Part shown: positions 19,968 to 29,097 of the stretch, in pieces
Layout of the letters: every line of letters begins with the position of its first letter
Numbering within the stretch: the stretch's first letter is position 1
Source: Candidatus Aquilonibacter sp.
GTDB lineage: Bacteria; Verrucomicrobiota; Verrucomicrobiia; Limisphaerales; UBA11358
NCBI GenBank assembly: GCA_035504945.1
Contig: DATJRH010000031.1
Coordinates: 3,018 to 67,017 of the forward strand
Direction of reading: 5' to 3'
DNA: 64,000 nt
Made by a program: the position numbers and the translations under genes
Notes under the pieces: model-generated
What the model saw: only the letters and a program-made list of their open reading frames with translations
Database searches by the model: none
Told to the model about the DNA's origin: nothing

Positions 19968-21431
19968 CTAAACCGGCAGCAATTTGATTTGTTCCTCGTC
20001 CTGCTCGACGGCTTCGCCGAGCGTTTGCGTGGTGCGGCGGCGTTCAATGATGTGCTTGTTGAACAGCGGATCGTAGGGCACGGGATAATTTCCGTCGTAG
20101 CACGCCATGCAAAATGAATTTTTCGGCAGGCCGGTCGCCTTGACCATTCCGTCCTGCGACAAATAATGCAGCGAGTCGGCGTTGAGATATTTTTGGATTT
20201 CCTCGAGCGAATGGTTCGCGGCCATCAATTTGCTGCGGTCGGGGAAATCAATTCCATAAACGCACGGATTCATGTGCGGCGGGCAGCTCACGAGCACATG
20301 AACTTCGCGCGCGCCGGCTTCCTTGAGCGTTTTCACGCGCGTCTTGCAGGTCGTGCCGCGAACAATGGAATCGTCCACAATGACCACGCGCTTGTCCTTC
20401 ACCAATTCGGCGATGAGGTTTAGCTTCACGCGCACGTCGAAGTCGCGGATGAGCTGCGACGGCTGCAAAAAACTCCGGCCAACATAATGGTTCCGCACGA
20501 ACGCCATCTCGAAGGGGATGCCGGACTCGAGCGAGTAGCCGAGCGCGGCGCAATTACCGCTGTCGGGCACGGGCACGACGACGTCGGCCGGGATCGGAAA
20601 TTCGCGCGCGAGCTGGCGGCCCATTTCGACGCGGACTTTATAGACGTTGCGGTCGGCGATCGTGCTGTCGGGCCGCGCGAAATAAACGTATTCAAAAATG
20701 CAGAACGCACGTTTGGTCTGTTCGGAAAACGCCTGAAAACTGCTCAAGCCCTTTTCGTTGATGATGACAATTTCGCCCGGCTCAACGTCGCGGACGAACT
20801 TCGCGTGGATCAAATCGAACGCGCAGGTTTCGCTGGCGAGCACGTAGGCACCGTCGAGCTGGCCGATGGACAGCGGGCGAAAGCCGAACGGGTCGCGCGC
20901 GCCGATCAATTCCTTCTCCGTCATGATGACAAGTGAATATGCCCCTTCGATACGGCGCAACGTGTGGGCGAGATGATTTTTGGAGCCGTTGAAATTCGGC
21001 TGCGCCATCAGGTGCAAGATGATTTCGCTGTCAACCGTGGTCTGGAAAATCGAGCCGCGCGATTCCAGTTCGTCACGCAATTTTGCCGCATTCGTCAAAT
21101 TCCCGTTGTGCGCGATGGCAATCCGCCCGCGCGCGCAGTCCACGGTTAGCGGCTGCGCGTTTTTCAACTGCGACGAGCCGGTGGTCGAATAGCGCGTATG
21201 GCCGACGGCCGTGTCGCCGACGAGATCGTGCAAAATTTCGCCATTGAAAATCTGCGGTACGAGGCCCATGCCATGGTGTTTGAAAAAGCTTCCATCGTGG
21301 CGGGTGACGATGCCGGCGCTTTCCTGCCCGCGATGCTGGAGCGCGTAAAGTCCGTAGTAGGTGAGTTCGGCGGCATTCGGATGGCCGAAAATGCCGAACA
21401 CACCGCAATAATGTTTGGGATAATTTTGCAT
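19968..21431 (-). CDS. purF: Amidophosphoribosyltransferase
   Basis: CGVFG N-terminal nucleophile after short propeptide, LQHRGQE, GHTRYSTTG, VDDSIVRGTT, Fe-S cysteines (CMAC). Start ATG 21431. Confidence 0.96.
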   Translation of the reverse strand: MQNYPKHYCGVFGIFGHPNAAELTYYGLYALQHRGQESAGIVTRHDGSFFKHHGMGLVPQIFNGEILHDLVGDTAVGHTRYSTTGSSQLKNAQPLTVDCARGRIAIAHNGNLTNAAKLRDELESRGSIFQTTVDSEIILHLMAQPNFNGSKNHLAHTLRRIEGAYSLVIMTEKELIGARDPFGFRPLSIGQLDGAYVLASETCAFDLIHAKFVRDVEPGEIVIINEKGLSSFQAFSEQTKRAFCIFEYVYFARPDSTIADRNVYKVRVEMGRQLAREFPIPADVVVPVPDSGNCAALGYSLESGIPFEMAFVRNHYVGRSFLQPSQLIRDFDVRVKLNLIAELVKDKRVVIVDDSIVRGTTCKTRVKTLKEAGAREVHVLVSCPPHMNPCVYGIDFPDRSKLMAANHSLEEIQKYLNADSLHYLSQDGMVKATGLPKNSFCMACYDGNYPVPYDPLFNKHIIERRRTTQTLGEAVEQDEEQIKLLPV

Positions 21432-21506
21432 CGTTTTGCATCGCCCGCGCCGCTTAATTGTCGCAGAAAATTTTCGGGGGCGCAACCTGGAACAATGGTG
21501 TGAAAT

Positions 21507-21914
21507 TCAAACCATCGTTTTCAAAAACGGCTTCAATTTTTTCGCCAATTCTTCCGGCACCCGCTTCGGCTTTTCGTCCAAGCTGGTGCAGACGTGGAAG
21601 GTTTCCGCCTCCAAAATCACTTTCCCGTTTTGGTTCAAAATCCGGTGGCTGAAATTGACGCGGACTTTTTCCACCAGTGCCGGCCAGACTTCAATCGTCA
21701 GCACATCGTCGTAGCGCGCCGGGAATCTGTAGCGCAGCCGCGCTTCCACGACGGGGAAAATCACGCCGTTTTCCTGCCAGCGCAAAACCGGCGAGGCGAG
21801 CGAGCGGAGAAATTCGCCGCGTGCCGCTTCAAGCAGATCCAGATAGCGCGAGTGATAAACGTGATTGCCGACGGTGCATTCGGCGTAAATGACGCGGTGC
21901 GTGTGGCAAAACAT
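21507..21914 (-). CDS. Acyl-CoA thioesterase (4HBT/YbgC family)
   Basis: RVIYAECTVGNHVYHSRYL..LE.AR, PARYDD hotdog-fold pattern. Start ATG 21914. Confidence 0.8.
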   Translation of the reverse strand: MFCHTHRVIYAECTVGNHVYHSRYLDLLEAARGEFLRSLASPVLRWQENGVIFPVVEARLRYRFPARYDDVLTIEVWPALVEKVRVNFSHRILNQNGKVILEAETFHVCTSLDEKPKRVPEELAKKLKPFLKTMV

Positions 21915-21940
21915 GGGGGGCATTTTGCAGCGCGCCTTAG

Positions 21941-21961
21941 AAAGTTGAAAGTTGAAAGTTG
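21941..21961. repeat. Heptamer tandem repeat (AAAGTTG x3)
   Basis: aaagttg aaagttg aaagttg, intergenic. Confidence 0.8.
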
Positions 21962-22114
21962 CCGCTTTGCATTTTCTGTTGCCGCAATGACAATTTTTGG
22001 CAAATCCTGCTGCGCAAAAATCATTTGCACGAATGGATTTTACGGTTATGTTGCCAGCGTGAACCAACGCCAGTTGTTCGCTTGCGGGTTCCGATTTTTG
22101 CGATATTGTTCATC

Positions 22115-22537
22115 ATGGCCGTAACCAAAGTCAGTTCCACGGTGCATTTCGTTTCGCGCGGCTCGGCAGTGAGCGGCCGCCACGGCGCGGCCAATGGCCG
22201 CTGGGTGCCCAACACGGATGTTTATTCCACCGACACCGGTCTCGTCATCAAGGTGGAACTGCCCGGCATGAAAAGCGAGAACCTCGAAATCACCGTCGAG
22301 GGCAGCCGCCTGCGAATTGCCGGAACGCGTCCCGATTGCTGCCGCGCGCCAAACTGCACCTTTCTCGTCATGGAAATCAACTACGGACCGTTCGAGAGCG
22401 TGCTGGAGTTGCCGCAGGGTTACGATTTGAGCCGGGCCAAGGCGGCCTATGTGAACGGCTTTTTGCGAGTTGACGTGCCCCAGACGCAACATTCACACTC
22501 GCGGACGACCAAAGTTCCGATTAGCGAAGGAAGTTAG
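22115..22537 (+). CDS. Small heat-shock protein Hsp20
   Basis: WVPNTDVY, VELPGM, MEINYGPFE, AAYVNGFLRV. Start ATG 22115; upstream of lon. Confidence 0.88.
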   Translation: MAVTKVSSTVHFVSRGSAVSGRHGAANGRWVPNTDVYSTDTGLVIKVELPGMKSENLEITVEGSRLRIAGTRPDCCRAPNCTFLVMEINYGPFESVLELPQGYDLSRAKAAYVNGFLRVDVPQTQHSHSRTTKVPISEGS

Positions 22538-22581
22538 CCGGCTGCGCATGAATCTTTTCCCGCGCGGCGGCATCCAATAAT

Positions 22582-24987
22582 GTGGAAATGACGATGGCAC
22601 CGCCGGAAACAGAATTTGTCAGTATCCTGGGCGCTCCTGAAAAAACGGAGTCGTCGCGCATTTCATCACGTTCGCTGCCCGACACTGTGCCTATCCTCGG
22701 ACTTTCCGACATCGTGATTTTTCCCGGCGCCATCGTGCCGTTGCTCGTCGAAACCGGGCCAAGCCTTAAACTGATCGACGACATCGTCGCCGGTGACCGC
22801 TTGTTCGGCGCGGTGCTGCAGCGCAAACCGGAAATCGTCGAGCCGCTGCCCGAGGACTTGTATGAAGTTGGCTGCGTGTCGCGCCTGTCGAAAATGGTGA
22901 AATTTCCCGATGGTACCGTGCGCGTGCTCGTCGAGGGCCTCTGGCGCATCCGTGTGAAAAATTATTTGCCGCCCGCGCCGTATCTGCGTGCCGGCTACGA
23001 ACTGCTCCGCGACGAAACGGAAAATTCCGTCGAGCTCCAAGCCATGCTCCGCAACGCACACCGGCAGTTCGAGGAAATCGCCAAAATGTCAACGGCGCTG
23101 ACCGACCAGGTGAAAATCGCCGCGCTCAACACCGAACATCCCGGCCATTTCGCCGATTTGATTGCCGCGAATTTGAACCTTCCGCTTGAAGACCGCCAGA
23201 AACTGCTCGAAACCGTCTCTGTCCGCGAGCGTTTGCAAAAACTTCTGCCGCTGCTCAACCGCGAGCAGGAAGTTTTGACGTTGAGTTCCAAAATCCAGAA
23301 CGACGTCGCCTCCTCCATCGCCAAGACGCAGCGCGATTTTTTCCTGCGCGAACAAATGCGCGCCATTCAACGCGAACTCGGCGACACCGATCCGAACGCA
23401 GGCGAAACCAAATCGCTGCGCGAAAAAATTGATCAGGCGATTTTGCCCGCCGAAGTCCGCAAGGCTGCCGAGCAGGAATTGGAGCGCCTGCAACAGACGC
23501 CGCCCGCCGCCGCCGAATACGGCGTCGCGCGGAACTATCTCGACTGGATTCTGGCGCTGCCATGGGAAAAATCCACCGACGACAAGCTGGATTTGAAAGC
23601 GGCGGAAAGAATCTTGAACGAGCAGCATTTCGGCCTCGCCAAGGTCAAGGACCGCCTGCTCGAATTCATCGCCGTCATCAAGCGCCGCAAAGAAATCAAA
23701 GGCCCGATTCTTTGCCTCGTCGGTCCGCCCGGCGTCGGCAAAACCTCGCTCGGCAAAAGCGTCGCCGATGCGCTCGGCCGAAAATTCGCGCGAATCTCGC
23801 TGGGCGGAATGCGCGACGAGGCGGAAATCCGCGGTCACCGCCGCACTTATGTCGGCGCCATGCCCGGACGGATTATTCAAACCCTCCGCCGCGTTGAGAG
23901 CCGCAACCCGGTGATTTTGCTCGACGAACTGGACAAGGTCGGCGCGGATTTTCGCGGCGACCCGGCGGCGGCGCTGCTCGAAGTTCTCGACCCCGCGCAA
24001 AACCACACGTTCACCGATCACTATCTCGATTTGCCGTTCGATTTGTCGCGCACGCTGTTTATCGCCACCGCCAACTGGCTCGACCCGATTCATCCCGCGC
24101 TCCGCGACCGGCTCGAAGTTATCGAACTGCCGAGCTACACCGAGACCGAAAAACTCGAAATTGCCAAGCGCTACCTCGTCCCGCGCCAGCTTGAGGAACA
24201 CGGCCTGACGAAACAGGATTTGAAACTGACCGACGCCACGCTGCGCAAACTCATCCGCGAATACACGCGTGAAGCCGGTGTCCGGCAATTGGAACGCGAA
24301 ATCGCCGCACTCGCGCGCAAGGCTGCGCGCAAAATCGTTTCCCGCAACGGCGCGGCCACGGCCATCAAACTCGACGCAAAGGAACTCGAAACTTATCTCG
24401 GCCACGCGCCGTTCGTTTCCGAAAGCGCGGAGAAAATCACCGAATACGGCATCGCCACCGGCCTCGCGTGGACGCCGGTGGGCGGCGAAATTCTGTTCAT
24501 CGAGGCGACGCGGATGCGCGGACGCGGCGCGCTGCTTTTGACCGGCTCGCTCGGCGAGGTGATGAAGGAAAGCGCGCAGACCGCCGTGAGTTATTTGCGG
24601 GCGCAGGCCAAAAAGCTGGACATTGATTTGAGCGATTACGGAAAATTTGATTTGCACATCCACGTTCCGGCAGGCGCGACGCCGAAGGACGGACCAAGCG
24701 CGGGTGTGGCGATTGTCGCCGCGCTGGCGTCGCTGCTCACGAAGCGCCGCGTGAAATCCGACGTGGCGATGACCGGCGAAATCAGCCTGCGCGGGCGCGT
24801 GTTGCGCGTGGGCGGCATCAAGGAAAAAGTTTTGGCGGCGGCGCGCTTCGGCCTGAAGCAGGTCGTTTTGCCGGAAGGAAACAAATCCGACTGGATGGAC
24901 GTGCCGGCGGAAGTGCGCGCGAAATTGAAGGCGCATTTCGTCCGGCAGATTGCAGAAATTTTCCCGCTGGCGTTGGAAGCGAAATGA
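22582..24987 (+). CDS. lon: ATP-dependent protease La
   Basis: Lon N domain, GPPGVGKT, RRTYVGAMPG, PKDGPSAG catalytic Ser, GGIKEK. Confidence 0.97.
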   Translation: MEMTMAPPETEFVSILGAPEKTESSRISSRSLPDTVPILGLSDIVIFPGAIVPLLVETGPSLKLIDDIVAGDRLFGAVLQRKPEIVEPLPEDLYEVGCVSRLSKMVKFPDGTVRVLVEGLWRIRVKNYLPPAPYLRAGYELLRDETENSVELQAMLRNAHRQFEEIAKMSTALTDQVKIAALNTEHPGHFADLIAANLNLPLEDRQKLLETVSVRERLQKLLPLLNREQEVLTLSSKIQNDVASSIAKTQRDFFLREQMRAIQRELGDTDPNAGETKSLREKIDQAILPAEVRKAAEQELERLQQTPPAAAEYGVARNYLDWILALPWEKSTDDKLDLKAAERILNEQHFGLAKVKDRLLEFIAVIKRRKEIKGPILCLVGPPGVGKTSLGKSVADALGRKFARISLGGMRDEAEIRGHRRTYVGAMPGRIIQTLRRVESRNPVILLDELDKVGADFRGDPAAALLEVLDPAQNHTFTDHYLDLPFDLSRTLFIATANWLDPIHPALRDRLEVIELPSYTETEKLEIAKRYLVPRQLEEHGLTKQDLKLTDATLRKLIREYTREAGVRQLEREIAALARKAARKIVSRNGAATAIKLDAKELETYLGHAPFVSESAEKITEYGIATGLAWTPVGGEILFIEATRMRGRGALLLTGSLGEVMKESAQTAVSYLRAQAKKLDIDLSDYGKFDLHIHVPAGATPKDGPSAGVAIVAALASLLTKRRVKSDVAMTGEISLRGRVLRVGGIKEKVLAAARFGLKQVVLPEGNKSDWMDVPAEVRAKLKAHFVRQIAEIFPLALEAK

Positions 24988-25988
24988 AAATTTTCCAATC
25001 GTTTCCAGCCACGGAGTGGCGACCGAGAATAGCCCACGGTGAAACCATGGGATTCGATCCAAAGATAAATAAAGCCCCGGCAGGGGCGGCAGAAAATCAA
25101 CCCGCGAACCGATTCTTTCGCCCCTGCCGAGGCTTGTTCCGATTTGTCATTTTACCCACGGTTTCACCGTGGGCTATTTTCTTCCGCGCCTCTGGCGCTG
25201 TCGCGACTCAATTTGCGGTTGCCGCAATGATTTTATTTGTGGGATTTAGCGCGATGGCGGAAACGACAAATGGTTTGTCCGACGCGGAAATTCAAGGGCG
25301 GCAATTGGCGCAGCAGCTTTGTGAAATGCGGCCAGCTGAAAATTCTACAAACATGGGCGTTTTGGAAATTCGTGATAGCAATAACAAGACGGTCGAAATT
25401 CCAATAGGCTTTCGCACTGTTATCACAAAAACAAATTGGCAATGCGTCTATAACATTCACAAGCTATTTGGCTCGAAAAAAAATCATCCCGGCTGGACTT
25501 CGCTTGTCGTCACACACTATGGCGGTAACCCCAACCGTTATCAATTCTATGAACTGCCTGCTGAAATTGCTGAATTAGAAAAACCTGATTATGGTGTAAA
25601 AATTCTTGCCGGCGATCAAACAGCAATTTCCTTCGCCGGCTCCGATTTCTGGATTTGCGACCTCGGCCTGGAATTTCTCCACTGGCCGGAGCAGAAAATT
25701 TTGCCGAACCCGACGAGCTTGTGCCGCGGCCGCGCCTACAAGCTGCTGGAGAGCACCAACCCGAACCCGCCGACCAACGGCTATTCGCGCGTGGATTCGT
25801 GGATTGACTTGGAAACCGGCGGCATCCTGCAGGCCGAGGCTTACGATGCCGGCGGGAAGCTGCTGAAAATCTTCGAGCCGAAATCGTTCAAAAAAGTGAA
25901 CGGCCAGTGGGAATTGCAGGGCATGGAAATCCGCAACGTCCAGACCGGCTCGCGCACGCGGATTGATTTCGATTTGCAAACGAAGTGA
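24984..25988 (+). CDS. Outer-membrane lipoprotein-sorting (LolA-like) protein, with in-frame palindromic insertion in the signal peptide
   Basis: FAGSDF...DL, YSRV..WID.E, AEAYD..GKLLK, FKKVNGQW; ATGA overlap with the lon stop. Confidence 0.7.
   Translation: MKIFQSFPATEWRPRIAHGETMGFDPKINKAPAGAAENQPANRFFRPCRGLFRFVILPTVSPWAIFFRASGAVATQFAVAAMILFVGFSAMAETTNGLSDAEIQGRQLAQQLCEMRPAENSTNMGVLEIRDSNNKTVEIPIGFRTVITKTNWQCVYNIHKLFGSKKNHPGWTSLVVTHYGGNPNRYQFYELPAEIAELEKPDYGVKILAGDQTAISFAGSDFWICDLGLEFLHWPEQKILPNPTSLCRGRAYKLLESTNPNPPTNGYSRVDSWIDLETGGILQAEAYDAGGKLLKIFEPKSFKKVNGQWELQGMEIRNVQTGSRTRIDFDLQTK
25006..25200. repeat. REP/REPIN-like nested palindromic element (195 bp)
   Basis: aatagcccacggtgaaaccatggg (25028-25051) vs cccacggtttcaccgtgggctatt (25155-25178), 1 mismatch; inner arms 25072-25094 / 25113-25135. 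Confidence 0.85.
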
Positions 25989-26049
25989 CCGGAAGTCAAG
26001 ATGGAGTTGACATCGTTTTGCCGTCGGCTCACGCTTTACCGGCTTATTT

Positions 26050-27015
26050 ATGAAACAAGGTATTCTTAAATTTTTTGGCGCGATGGTGTTCGCATCGCTT
26101 TTGACGGCGCAAAGCTTCGCGGCGGACACCAATTCCCTTTCTTCATCCACGAATTCCGACGCGCTGATGAACGCCTACGTGCAATTGCAGGCGCAGTTGC
26201 ACACGATGCAGATGCAACTGGATCAGAACCGCGCGGATGCCGCCGCCGCCGCCCAGCGCAACGCCGACGCTCTGACCGCGTTGGATCAAAAAATCGTCGC
26301 GCAGCACAACAGCGAAGTCGAGGCGGTGCAAAACATGCAGCAAATCACACTGGAGCTGGCGGGCGCGTTCGGCGCCGCTGGCCTGGCGGCCATGTTGCTG
26401 CTGATTTATTTCCAATGGCGCACGGTCACGCGGTTTGCGGAATTGTCCGCGTTCGCGTCGGAAAAAAACCGCGCGCTGCCGATGGTGGAAAAGGTCGGGG
26501 AACTGGCCGCACCCGGCCGCGCCGCCGTGGAATCGGCGAACACGCATTTGCTCGGCGTGGTCGAACGGCTGGAGAAACGCATTCTGGAATTGGAACACGG
26601 CAGCCACCCGGCGCTGGCCCCGTCCGCCGCGCCCCAACACAAAAACGGCGCGGCAACGGAAACGACCGACCGCGATGAATGCATTGCCAATTTGATTGCC
26701 GAAGGCCAGTCGCTGCTCGACGACAACGAGCCGGAAAAGGCTTTGGAATGTTTTGACGTGGCGCTGGGGCTTGATCCGAAGCACGCCGAGGCGCTGGTCA
26801 AAAAAGGCGGCGCGCTGGAAAAATTGGGGCGGACGGACGAAGCCATCGCCTGTTACGACCGCGCCATCGAGGCGGACGGCGCGCTGACCATCGCCTATCT
26901 GCAAAAGGGCGGATTGTTCAACCGGCTGGCGCGTTACGACGAGGCGCTGCAATGCTACGAACAGGCATTGCACACGCAGGAAAAAAAATCGCCGCCCGCG
27001 CAAGCCGCAGCGTAA
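26050..27015 (+). CDS. Membrane-anchored TPR protein
   Basis: Signal peptide, coiled coil, TM helix, three C-terminal TPRs (EAIACYDRAI). Confidence 0.8.
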   Translation: MKQGILKFFGAMVFASLLTAQSFAADTNSLSSSTNSDALMNAYVQLQAQLHTMQMQLDQNRADAAAAAQRNADALTALDQKIVAQHNSEVEAVQNMQQITLELAGAFGAAGLAAMLLLIYFQWRTVTRFAELSAFASEKNRALPMVEKVGELAAPGRAAVESANTHLLGVVERLEKRILELEHGSHPALAPSAAPQHKNGAATETTDRDECIANLIAEGQSLLDDNEPEKALECFDVALGLDPKHAEALVKKGGALEKLGRTDEAIACYDRAIEADGALTIAYLQKGGLFNRLARYDEALQCYEQALHTQEKKSPPAQAAA

Positions 27016-27018
27016 TCC

Positions 27019-28554
27019 TCAATTGAATTCCATCCGGCTGCTGGCGCGCTCGGATTCAAGCTGGCGGCGGATCATCTCGATTTTGAGTTTCAGGAGTTCG
27101 CGGTTTTCCTCGCTGCGCGCGGCCAGTTCCTTTTCGAGTTGTTCAATCCGCACCTCATAAGTCCGCAGCCGCTCTTGCATCGGCGCTTGAAGCTGGTCGA
27201 GCCGGTGGACCAATTCGCCGATTTCCAGCGCGGCGCTCTGCTGCGCCTTGAGCAATTCGCCCCGCTGCATGGCCAGTTCCTGAACGACGGCTTCCTTGAG
27301 CGCCTGCGCCAGTTGCGGCGCCAAATCGGGCTGAAGCACGACCGGATTTTGCGCCGGCATTCTTTCCACACGCGCGGGCAGCAGCAAAACAGCGCGCCGG
27401 CGGCTTCGCACCAGAACCCAGAACGCAGCCAGCGCGGCGGCGGAAACACCCGCCAACGCGACGAGCAGCCATTCGTTGCGCTCGCGGATTTGCAGCGCCT
27501 GGATTTGCGCGAGCACCGCCTGCTGGTGCATTTTGAGCGCCTGCTCGCGTTCACTTTGGGCGAGATTGCCGGCCTGCACTGCCTGCGCGTGCTCCTGTTG
27601 CGCTTGTTCCTGTTCCTGCCGGGCGCGGTCGCGTTCGGCGGCAATTTGCTCGTTGAGCTGGCCGGGCAGCATTATTTCGTTCAATTGATCGAGCGCGGCC
27701 TTGGCTTTTGCATCAATCACCTGGCCTTGCCGGACGATTAGTTCCCCGGCGTCGTAATGGGCGGTCACGGCAAGTTGCGCAACCTGCCGGGCACGGGATT
27801 CTTGCGTGAGGTTCTCATCGGGAAAACAATCGGGCTTGAGAAACGCCTCCAACGCGCGCGCCAAGGTTTGCTCGTTTTTGGAAAATTCCTGGCGCAACAG
27901 CGTGCGCGCCCGCGCGAGCGTGGCCACGCTCGTTTCCGTCACAATTTTTCCGTGACGTTCCGCGTCAACAAGCGTCAGCGCTTCCTGCGGGCTGCCGGCC
28001 GGCACAAGGCGCAACGTGTCGCCGAGCACAAAGCCGTCGGGCAAATCGTCGGGGCGGATGGGACGGCGCATGGCCTGGCGCAACCGCCCGACGATCGTGT
28101 CTTCGTCGGCTTGGCCGCCGTCGCCGCGCGCCCACGATTCCGCAAGATTGTCCGTGAGCGGAAGCGTTTCATTTTTGCGGTTGAAGGCGGCGACGAGCTT
28201 GGCCACGTCGGGCGACGCGTTGGTCTGGCCCTCAAGCACAAGTTGTTTCGCGGCGTTATTGTAGTCCGCGAGAAAATCGGCGCGCGCGCGGGCGAACACG
28301 GCGCGGAAATCTTTTTCGACCTCGTTGGTAATGTCCGGGTAATTGCGGAAAATCGCCGGCGTTTTCAAGGCCTCTTCCGTTTTGCGCGCGGTGGTGGCGT
28401 CCGGGTCAATTACGTCGAGCGGAACGGGCGTGGTGATGTCCGTCTCGGCAATGTCGCCGACGCGATACGTGGAGAGGTCTTTGGCGTGAACGGAAAAAAT
28501 ACTGAACAGCGCAAGAACGCAGACGGGCCAAAAGCGGTTCGCGGCGTTCACCAT
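27019..28554 (-). CDS. Single-pass membrane protein with 7TMR-HDED-like extracellular domain and coiled-coil tail
   Basis: YRVGDIAETDITTP..V.D..AT and GELIVRQGQVID resemble 7TM-HD extracellular domains. Start ATG 28554 overlaps the upstream stop. Confidence 0.6.
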   Translation of the reverse strand: MVNAANRFWPVCVLALFSIFSVHAKDLSTYRVGDIAETDITTPVPLDVIDPDATTARKTEEALKTPAIFRNYPDITNEVEKDFRAVFARARADFLADYNNAAKQLVLEGQTNASPDVAKLVAAFNRKNETLPLTDNLAESWARGDGGQADEDTIVGRLRQAMRRPIRPDDLPDGFVLGDTLRLVPAGSPQEALTLVDAERHGKIVTETSVATLARARTLLRQEFSKNEQTLARALEAFLKPDCFPDENLTQESRARQVAQLAVTAHYDAGELIVRQGQVIDAKAKAALDQLNEIMLPGQLNEQIAAERDRARQEQEQAQQEHAQAVQAGNLAQSEREQALKMHQQAVLAQIQALQIRERNEWLLVALAGVSAAALAAFWVLVRSRRRAVLLLPARVERMPAQNPVVLQPDLAPQLAQALKEAVVQELAMQRGELLKAQQSAALEIGELVHRLDQLQAPMQERLRTYEVRIEQLEKELAARSEENRELLKLKIEMIRRQLESERASSRMEFN

Positions 28555-29006
28555 AAAAATGATTTTTGTTCGCCGAGCATTTCGTCGCCGTCCCAGAGTG
28601 TGGCGCGCCAGGCGATGAGCGCGCCGAATTTTTTGTAGTCCGCGCCCGCAAGCGGAAGGGAAGTCCAGCGGCTGAAAATGCCGGGCGACACGGTTTGTTC
28701 CAGGACCGTTTGCGTCGGCAATCCGTGTTCGCCGATGCCGCGAAGCTCGACCCGCAATTTCAATTTTGCGCCGGCAGCATCCGAAGCCTTCCACAAAATG
28801 TCGAAGCGGACGGCGGAGATTTCGTTTGTGTGTTTGCGGAGATACGCCTGATAGGCGTCGCGGTCGAAGAGGCTCGGTGAAATTGCGTCGTGGCCTTTCA
28901 AATCGAGGAGCAGCGGCAGGACCTTGACGACGCGGCCAGTGACGGCCTCTGACGCGAACGCCGAAAGCGAGCCGAGCAAGAGCACCGTCATCAAAAGCCG
29001 ACGCAT
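28548..29006 (-). CDS. Hypothetical exported protein
   Basis: Signal peptide, typical codon usage, TATTGT-N6-ATG start context. Confidence 0.7.
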   Translation of the reverse strand: MRRLLMTVLLLGSLSAFASEAVTGRVVKVLPLLLDLKGHDAISPSLFDRDAYQAYLRKHTNEISAVRFDILWKASDAAGAKLKLRVELRGIGEHGLPTQTVLEQTVSPGIFSRWTSLPLAGADYKKFGALIAWRATLWDGDEMLGEQKSFLW

Positions 29007-29097
29007 GGGGAAACAATAATCAGCGGCGGCGCAAATTCAACATTGATTTTCATTTGAGAATAAAACAACAAAGCCGGCCTTGCCCGATTGAACGGAT

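Noticed and set aside
23089..25062. Long antisense ORFs (657 aa opposite lon; also 50955-52880, 60673-62268, 41073-42455)
   Set aside because: Shadow frames of well-supported genes in GC-rich DNA, with no motifs.
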